64,000 nucleotides of DNA from Eledone cirrhosa. Lineage: Eukaryota. Made by a program: the position numbers and the translations under genes. Positions 55,614 through 64,000 of the stretch are shown here, piece by piece (the stretch's first letter is position 1; the number at the start of each line of letters is the position of its first letter). The notes below the pieces were generated by a model. It made no database searches. It worked only from the letters and a program-made list of their open reading frames with translations, and was not told the DNA's origin. The stretch is from contig OZ024747.1 in the NCBI GenBank assembly GCA_964016885.1, forward strand, positions 47,864,001-47,928,000, written 5' to 3'.

Positions 55614-58600
55614 TTGGGGATCTAACAATTCTGTCAATCCACTGTCCTTAGATAACCTTTTGTCTGGGGATCTAACAATTCTGCCAATCCAGTCCTTAGA
55701 TGAGATTTTCTCTGGGTGTCTAACAATTCTGCCAATCTACTGTCCTTAGATAACCATTTGTCTGGGGATCTAACAATTCTGCCAATCCAGTCCTTAGATG
55801 AGATTTTCTCTGGGTGTCTAACAATTCTGCCAATCTACTGTCCTTAGATAACATTTTGTTTGGGGATCTAACAATTCTGCCAATCCACTGCCCTCAGATA
55901 ACATTTTGTCTGGCAATCTAACAATTCTGCCAATCCACTGTCTTCAGATAACATTTTGTCTGGGGATCTAACAATTCTGCCAATCCACTGCCCTCAAACA
56001 ACATTTTGTTTGGCAATCTAACAATTCTGCCAATCCACAGCCCTCAGATAACATTTTGTCTGGCTAACAATTCTGCCAATCCACTGTCCTTAGAAAATAT
56101 TTTGTCTGGGGATCTAACAATTCTGCCAATCCACTGCCCTCAGATAACATTTTGTCTGGCAATATTACAATTTTGCCAATCCACAGCCCTCAGATAACAT
56201 GTCTGGCTAACAATTCTGCCAATCCACTGTCCTTAGAAAACATTTTGTCTGGGGATCCAACAATTCTGCCAATCCACTGTCCTTAGATAACATTTTGTCT
56301 GGGGATCTAACAATTCTGCCAATCCACTGTCCTTAGATAACATTTTGTCTGGGGATCTTACAATTCTGCCAATCAACAACCCTCAGATAACATTTTGTCT
56401 GGTAATCTAACAATTCTGCCAATTCACTGCACTCATAACATCTTGTCTGGCAATCTAACAATTCTGCCAATCTACTGTGTTAGATAACATTGTCTGGCAA
56501 TCTAACAATTATGCCAATCCACAAGCCTCAGATAACATTTTGTCTGGGGATCTAACAATTCTGCCAATCCATTGCCCTTAGATATTTTGTATGGAGATCT
56601 AACAATTCTGACAATCCACTGCCCTCAGATAACATTTTGTTTGGGGATCTAACAATTCTGCCAATCAACTGCCCTCAGATAACATTTTGTGTGGGGATCT
56701 AACAATTCTGACAATCAACTGCCCTCAGGTAACATTTTGTTTGGGGATCTAACAATTCTGCCAATCCACTGCCCTCAGATAACATTTTGTCTGGAGATCT
56801 AACAATTCTGCCAATCCACTGCCCTCAGATAACATTTTGTCTGGCAATCTAATAATTCTGCCAATCCACTGCCCTCAGATAATACTTTGTCAGGGGATCT
56901 AACAATTCTGCCAATCCACTTGCCTCAGATAATATTTTGTCTGGGAATCTAACAATTCTGCCAATCCATTGCCCTCAGAAAACATTTTGTCTGGGGATCT
57001 AACAATTCTCCCAATCAACTGACCTCAGATAACATTTTGTGTGGGAATCTAACGATTCTGCCAGTCCACTGTCCTTAGATAAGATTTTGTCTGGGGATCT
57101 AACAATTCTGCCAATTCACTGCTCTAATATAACATTTTGTGTGGAAATCTAACAATTCTGCCAATCAACTGCCCTCAGATAACATTTTGTTTGGGGATCT
57201 AACAATTCTGTCAATCCACTGTCCTTAGATAACCTTTTGTCTGGGGATCTAACAATTCTGCCAATCCAGTCCTTAGATAACATTTTGTCTAGGGATCTAA
57301 CAATTCTGCCAATCCACTGTCCTTAGAAAACATTTTGCGTGGGAATCTAACAATTCTTCTAATCCACTGCCCTCAGATAACATTTTGTCTGGCAATCTAA
57401 CAATTCTGCCAACCTACTGTCCTTAGATAACATTTTGACTGGCAATCTAACAATTCTGCCAATCCACTGTCCTTAGATAACATTTCGTCAGGGGATCTAA
57501 CAATTCTGCCAATCCACTGTCCTTAGATAACATTTTGTCTGGGGATCTAACAATTGTGCCAATCCACTGTCCTTAGATAACATTTTGTCGGGGATCTAAC
57601 GATTCTGCGAATCAACTGCCCTCAGATAACATTTTGTTTGGGGATCTAACGATTCTGCGAATCAACTGCCCTCAGATATCATTTTGTTTGGGGATCTAAC
57701 AATTCTGCCAATGCACTGGCCTCAGATAACATTTTGTATGGGGATCTAACAATTCTGCCAATCCACTGTCCTTAGATAACATTTTGTCTGGGGATCTAAC
57801 AATTCTGTAAATTCACTGTCTCAGATAACATTTTGTCTGGGAATCTAACAATTCTGCCAATCCACTGTCCTTAGATAAGATTTTGTCTGGGGATCTAACA
57901 ATTCTGCCAATTCACTGCTCTAATATAACATTTTGTGTGGGGATCTAACAATTCTGACAATCAACTGCCCTCAGATAACATTTTGTTTGGGGATCTAACA
58001 ATTCTGTCAATCCACTGTCCTTAGATAACCTTTTGTCTGGGGATCTAACAATTCTGCCAATCCAGTCCTTAGATGAGATTTTCTCTGGGTGTCTAACAAT
58101 TCTGCCAATCTACTGTCCTTAGATAACCATTTGTCTGGGGATCTAACAATTCTGCCAATCCAGTCCTTAGATGAGATTTTCTCTGGGTGTCTAACAATTC
58201 TGCCAATCTACTGTCCTTAGATAACATTTTGTTTGGGGATCTAACAATTCTGCCAATCCACTGCCCTCAGATAACATTTTGTCTGGCAATCTAACAATTC
58301 TGCCAATCCACTGTCTTCAGATAACATTTTGTCTGGGGATCTAACAATTCTGCCAATCCACTGCCCTCAAACAACATTTTGTTTGGCAATCTAACAATTC
58401 TGCCAATCCACAGCCCTCAGATAACATTTTGTCTGGCTAACAATTCTGCCAATCCACTGTCCTTAGAAAATATTTTGTCTGGGGATCTAACAATTCTGCC
58501 AATCCACTGCCCTCAGATAACATTTTGTCTGGCAATATTACAATTTTGCCAATCCACAGCCCTCAGATAACATGTTGTCTGGCTAACAATTCTGCCAATC

Positions 58601-60216
58601 CACTGTCCTTAGAAAACATTTTGTCTGGGGATCCAACAATTCTGCCAATCCACTGTCCTTAGATAACATTTTGTCTGGGGATCTAACAATTCTGCCAATC
58701 CACTGTCCTTAGATAACATTTTGTCTGGGGATCTTACAATTCTGCCAATCAACAACCCTCAGATAACATTTTGTCTGGTAATCTAACAATTCTGCCAATT
58801 CACTGCACTCATAACATCTTGTCTGGCAATCTAACAATTCTGCCAATCTACTGTGTTAGATAACATTGTCTGGCAATCTAACAATTATGCCAATCCACAA
58901 GCCTCAGATAACATTTTGTCTGGGGATCTAACAATTCTGCCAATCCATTGCCCTTAGATATTTTGTATGGAGATCTAACAATTCTGACAATCCACTGCCC
59001 TCAGATAACATTTTGTTTGGGGATCTAACAATTCTGCCAATCAACTGCCCTCAGATAACATTTTGTGTGGGGATCTAACAATTCTGACAATCAACTGCCC
59101 TCAGGTAACATTTTGTTTGGGGATCTAACAATTCTGCCAATCCACTGCCCTCAGATAACATTTTGTCTGGAGATCTAACAATTCTGCCAATCCACTGCCC
59201 TCAGATAACATTTTGTCTGGCAATCTAATAATTCTGCCAATCCACTGCCCTCAGATAATACTTTGTCAGGGGATCTAACAATTCTGCCAATCCACTTGCC
59301 TCAGATAATATTTTGTCTGGGAATCTAACAATTCTGCCAATCTATTGCCCTCAGAAAACATTTTGTCTGGGGATCTAACAATTCTCCCAATCAACTGACC
59401 TCAGATAACATTTTGTGTGGGAATCTAACGATTCTGCCAGTCCACTGTCCTTAGATAAGATTTTGTCTGGGGATCTAACAATTCTGCCAATTCACTGCTC
59501 TAATATAACATTTTGTGTGGAAATCTAACAATTCTGCCAATCAACTGCCCTCAGATAACATTTTGTTTGGGGATCTAACAATTCTGTCAATCCACTGTCC
59601 TTAGATAACCTTTTGTCTGGGGATCTAACAATTCTGCCAATCCAGTCCTTAGATAACATTTTGTCTAGGGATCTAACAATTCTGCCAATCCACTGTCCTT
59701 AGAAAATATTTTGCGTGGGGATCTAACAATTCTTCTAATCCACTGCCCTCAGATAACATTTTGTCTGGCAATCTAACAATTCTGCCAACCTACTGTCCTT
59801 AGATAACATTTTGACTGGCAATCTAACAATTCTGCCAATCCACTGTCCTTAGATAACATTTCGTCAGGGGATCTAACAATTCTGCCAATCCACTGTCCTT
59901 AGATAACATTTTGTCTGGGGATCTAACAATTGTGCCAATCCACTGTCCTTAGATAACATTTTGTCGGGGATCTAACGATTCTGCGAATCAACTGCCCTCA
60001 GATAACATTTTGTTTGGGGATCTAACGATTCTGCGAATCAACTGCCCTCAGATATCATTTTGTTTGGGGATCTAACAATTCTGCCAATGCACTGGCCTCA
60101 GATAACATTTTGTATGGGGATCTAACAATTCTGCCAATCCACTGTCCTTAGATAACATTTTGTCTGGGGATCTAACAATTCTGTAAATTCACTGTCTCAG
60201 ATAACATTTTGTCTGG
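55465..60216 (+). repeat. Tandem duplication with 2373-2376-bp period, each unit containing an internal 98-bp dimer duplication
   Basis: GGGAATC at 55466 and 57839; identical ORF translations at 56006 and 58379; 3-bp indel (CATGTCTGG near 56198 vs CATGTTGTCTGG near 58571); GATGAGATTTTCTCTGGGTGTC occurs twice 98 bp apart in each unit. Confidence 0.94.
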
Positions 60217-63200
60217 TAATCTAACAATTCTGCCAATCCACTGCCCTCAGATAACATTTTGTCTGGCGATCTAACAGTTCTGCCAATCCACTGCCTACAC
60301 ATAACATTTTGTCTGCCAATTCAGTCCTTAGATAACATTTTGTCCGGCAATGTAACAATTCTGCCAATCCACAGCCCTCAGGTAACATTTTGTTTGGGGA
60401 TCTAACAATTCTGCCAATCCACTGCCCTCAGATAACATTTTGTCTGGGGATCTAACAATTCTGCCAATCCATTGCCCTCAGATAACGTTTTGCGTGGGGA
60501 TCTAACAATTCTTCTAATCCACTGCCCTCAGATAACATTTTGTCTGGCAATCTAACAATTCTACCAATCCATTGCACTCATAACATTTTGTCTGGCAATC
60601 TAACAATGCTGCCAATCTACTGTCCTTAGATAACATTTTGTCTGGCAATCTAACAATTCTGCCAATCCACTGTCCTTAGATAGCATTTTGTCTGGCAATC
60701 TAACAATTCTGCCAATCCACTGCCCTCAGATAACATTTTCTTTGGGGATCTAACAATTCTGCCAATCCACTGCCCCCAGATAACATTTTGTCTGGGGATC
60801 TAACAATTCTGCCAATCCACTGCCCTCAGATAACATTTTCTCTGGGTGTCTAACAATTCTGCCAATCCACTGTCCTTACATAAAATTTTGTCTGGGGATC
60901 TAACAATTCTGCCAATCCACTGTCCTTAGATAACGTTTTGTCTAGGGATCTAACAAGTCTGCCAATCCACTGACTTTAGATAAGATTTTGTCTGGGATCT
61001 AACAATTCTGCCAATCCAGTCCTTAGATAACATTTTGTCTGGCAATCGGACAATTCTGCCAATCCACTGTCCTTAGATAACATTTTCTCTGGGGATCTAA
61101 CAATTCTGCCAATCCACTGGCCTCAGATAACATTTTGTCTGGGGATCTAACAATTCTGCCAATCCACTGTCCTTAGATAACATTTTGTCTGGGGATCTAA
61201 CAATTCTTCTAATCCACTGCCCTCAGATAACATTTTGTCTGGCAGTCTTACAATTCTGCCAATCAACAACCCTCAGAAAACATTTTGTCTGGCAATCTAA
61301 CAATTCTGCCAATCCACTGCCCTCAGATATTTTTTCTGGGAATCTAACTATTCTGCCATTCCACAAGCCTCAGATAACATTTTGTCTGGGGATCTAACAA
61401 TTCTGCCAATCCACTGTCCTTAGATAACATTTTGTCTGGGGATCTAACAATTCTCCCAATCCACTGCCCTCAGATAACATTTGTTTGGGGATCTAACGAT
61501 TCTGCGAATCAACTGCCCTCAGATAACATTTTGTTTGGGGATCGAACGATTCTGCGAATCAACTGCCCTCAGTTAAAATTTTGTTTGGTGATCTAACAAT
61601 TCTGCCAATCCACTGCCCTTAGATAACATTTTCTCTGGGGATCTAACAATTCTGCCAATCCACTGGCCTCAGATAACATTTTGTCTGGGGATCTAACAAT
61701 TCTTCCAATCCACTGCCCTCAGATAACAATTTTGTCTGGCGATCTAACAGTTCTTCCAATCCACTGCCTACATATCACATTTTGTTTGGCAATCTAACAT
61801 TTCTGCCAATCCACTGTCCTTAGATAACATTTTGTCTGGCAATCTAACAATTCTGCCAATCCACTGCCCTCAGATAACATTTTGTCTGGGGATCTAACAA
61901 TTCTGCCAATTAACTGCCCTCAGATAACATTTTGTGTGGGGATCTAACAATTCTGACAATCAACTGCCCTCAGGTAACATTTTGTTTGGGGATCTAACAA
62001 TTCTGCCAATCCACTGCCCTCAGATAACATTTTGTGTGGGGATCTAACAATTCTGCCAATCAACTGCCCTCAGATAACATTTTGTTTGGGGATCTAACAA
62101 TTCTGCCAATCAACTGCCCTCAGATAACATTTTGTCTGGGGATCTAACAATTCTGCCAATCCACTGTCCTTAGATAACATTTTGTCTGCCAATCTAACAA
62201 TTCTGCCAATCCACAGCCATCAGGTAACATTTTGTTTGGGGATCTAACAATTCTGCCAATCCACTGCCCTCAGATAACATTTTGTCTGGGGATCTAACAA
62301 TTCTGCCAATCCATTGCCCTCAGATAACGTTTTGCGTGGCGATCTAACAATTCTTCTAATCCACTGCCCTCAGATAACATTTTGTCTGGCAATCTAACAA
62401 TTCTGCCAATCCATTGCCCTCAGATAACGTTTTGCGTGGGGATCTAACAATTCTTCTAATCCACTGCCCTCATAACATTTTGTCTGGCAATCTAACAATT
62501 CTGCCAATCAACTGCCCTCAGATAACATTTTGTTTGGGGATCTAACAATTCTGTCAATCCACTGTCCTTAGATAACCTTTTGTCTGGGCATCTAACAATT
62601 CTGCCAATCCACTGTCCTTAGATAACGTTTTTGTCTAGGGATCTAACAATTCTGACAATCCACTGTCTCTAGATAAGATTTTGTCTGGGGATCTAACAAT
62701 TCTGCCAATCCACTCCTTAGATAACATTTTGTCTGTCAATCGGACAATTCTGCCCATCCACTGTGCTTAAATAAGATTTTGTCTGGCAATCCAACAATTC
62801 TGCCAATCCACAGCTCTTAGATAACATTTTCTCTGGGGATCTAACAATTCTGCCAATCCACTGGCCTCAGATAACATTTTATCTAGGGATCTAACAATTC
62901 TGCCAATCCACTGCCCTCAGATAACATTTTGTCTGGCGATCTAACAATTCTGCTAATCAACTGCCCTCAGATAACATTTTGTTTGGGGATCTAACGATTC
63001 TGCGAATCAACTGCCCTCAGATAACATTTTGTTTGGGGATCTAACAATTCTGCCAATCCACTGTCCTTAGAAAACATTTTGCGTGGGGATCTAACAATTC
63101 TTCTAATCCACTGCCCTCAGATAACATTTTGTCTGGCAATCTAACAATTCTGCCAATCCACTGTCCTTAGAAAACATTTCGTCAGGGGATCTAACCATTC

Positions 63201-64000
63201 TGCCAATCCACTGTCCTTAGATAACCTTTTGTCTGGGGATCTAACAATTCTGCCAATCCAGTCCTTAGATGAGATTTTCTCTGGGTGTCTAACAATTCTG
63301 CCAATCTACTGTCCTTAGATAACATTTTGTTTGGGGATCTAACAATTCTGCCAATCCACTGCCCTCAGATAACATTTTGTCTGGCAATCTAACAATTCTG
63401 CCAATCCACTGCCTTCAGATAACATTTTATCTGGGGATCTAACAATTCTGCCAATCCACTGCCCTCAAACAACATTTTGTCTGGCAATCTAACAATTCTG
63501 CCAATCCACAGCCCTCAGATAACATTTTGTCTGGCTAACAATTCTGCCAATCCACTGTCCTTAGAAAACATTGAGTCTGGGGATCTAACAATTCTGCCAA
63601 TCCACTGCCCTCAGATAACATTTTGTCTGGCAATATTACAATTTTGCCAATCCACAGCCCTGAGATAACATTTTTTCTGGCTAACAATTCTACCAATCCA
63701 CTGTCCTTAGAAAACATTTTGTCTGGGGATCCAACAATTCTGCCAATCCACTGTCCTTAGATAACATTTTGTCTGGGGATCTAACAATTCTGCCAATCCA
63801 CTGTCCTTAGATAACATTTTGTCTGGGGATCTTACAATTCTGCCAATCAACAACCCTCAGATAACATTTTGTCTGGCAATCTAACAATTCTGCCAATCTA
63901 CTGTCCTTAGATAACATTGTCTGGCAATCTAACAATTATGCCAATCCACTGTCCTTAAATAACATTTTGTCTGGCAATCTAACAATTCTGCCAATCCACT

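Larger units (their letters stand above)
1..64000 (+). repeat. Tandem satellite DNA array, 50-bp monomer, ~1,300 diverged head-to-tail copies, extends beyond both window edges
   Basis: Continuous 50-bp periodicity from first to last base. Consensus GGGGATCTAACAATTCTGCCAATCCACTG(C/T)CCT(C/T)AGATAACATTTTGTCT with a common GGCA alternative to GGGG; exact consensus at 709-758. No non-repeat interruption or inversion seen. Confidence 0.99.

Noticed and set aside
483-63717. All supplied ORFs (60-145 aa; repeating motifs such as SGLAELLDPQTKCYLR and GDLTILPIHCPQITFC)
   Set aside because: They are translations of the satellite. The 50-bp unit is not a multiple of 3, so frames rotate and hit the TAA/TAG stops in the consensus. 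ORFs survive only where indels skip stops, overlap on both strands, and show no recognisable domain.
1-64000. CRISPR array (conserved GATCTAACAATTCTGCCAATC core alternating with more variable sequence)
   Set aside because: The intervening segments are all homologous variants of one sequence, not unique spacers; no leader or cas genes are present.
1-64000. Trypanosoma brucei expression-site 50-bp repeat
   Set aside because: Only the unit length agrees. I do not recognise sequence similarity and no expression-site context is present; a BLAST search would settle it.
1-64000. Transposon insertion, orientation switch or embedded unique sequence
   Set aside because: Read through by eye; every segment aligns to the 50-bp consensus in + orientation. 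A very short insertion could have been missed.

Overview
The whole 64 kb window is one uninterrupted, head-to-tail tandem satellite array with a 50-bp monomer. The consensus is GGGGATCTAACAATTCTGCCAATCCACTGCCCTCAGATAACATTTTGTCT (exact copy at 709-758), about 44% GC with no CpG. There are roughly 1,300 diverged copies, all in the same orientation. I found no credible genes, RNA genes, transposons or CRISPR spacers; all supplied ORFs are translations of the repeat. The informative structure lies within the array. (i) Near-identical tandem and dispersed block duplications occur at many scales (about 98, 148, 199, 378, 700, 1156, 2373, 2618, 2727, 9239, 10006, 14125/14158 and ~52,000 bp offsets) rather than as one regular higher-order repeat. 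(ii) Most monomers carry a 24-bp imperfect dyad. (iii) The monomer has an internal ~17-bp sub-repeat, with recurrent deletions at microhomologies. (iv) Dimorphic sequence modules are shuffled between monomers. (v) One monomer subtype has two linked substitutions that create a perfect palindrome. This looks like eukaryotic heterochromatic (peri)centromeric or subtelomeric satellite DNA (inference). I cannot identify the organism or a named family, and I see no evidence of a protein-coding system. Coordinates of block boundaries were read by eye and are approximate.
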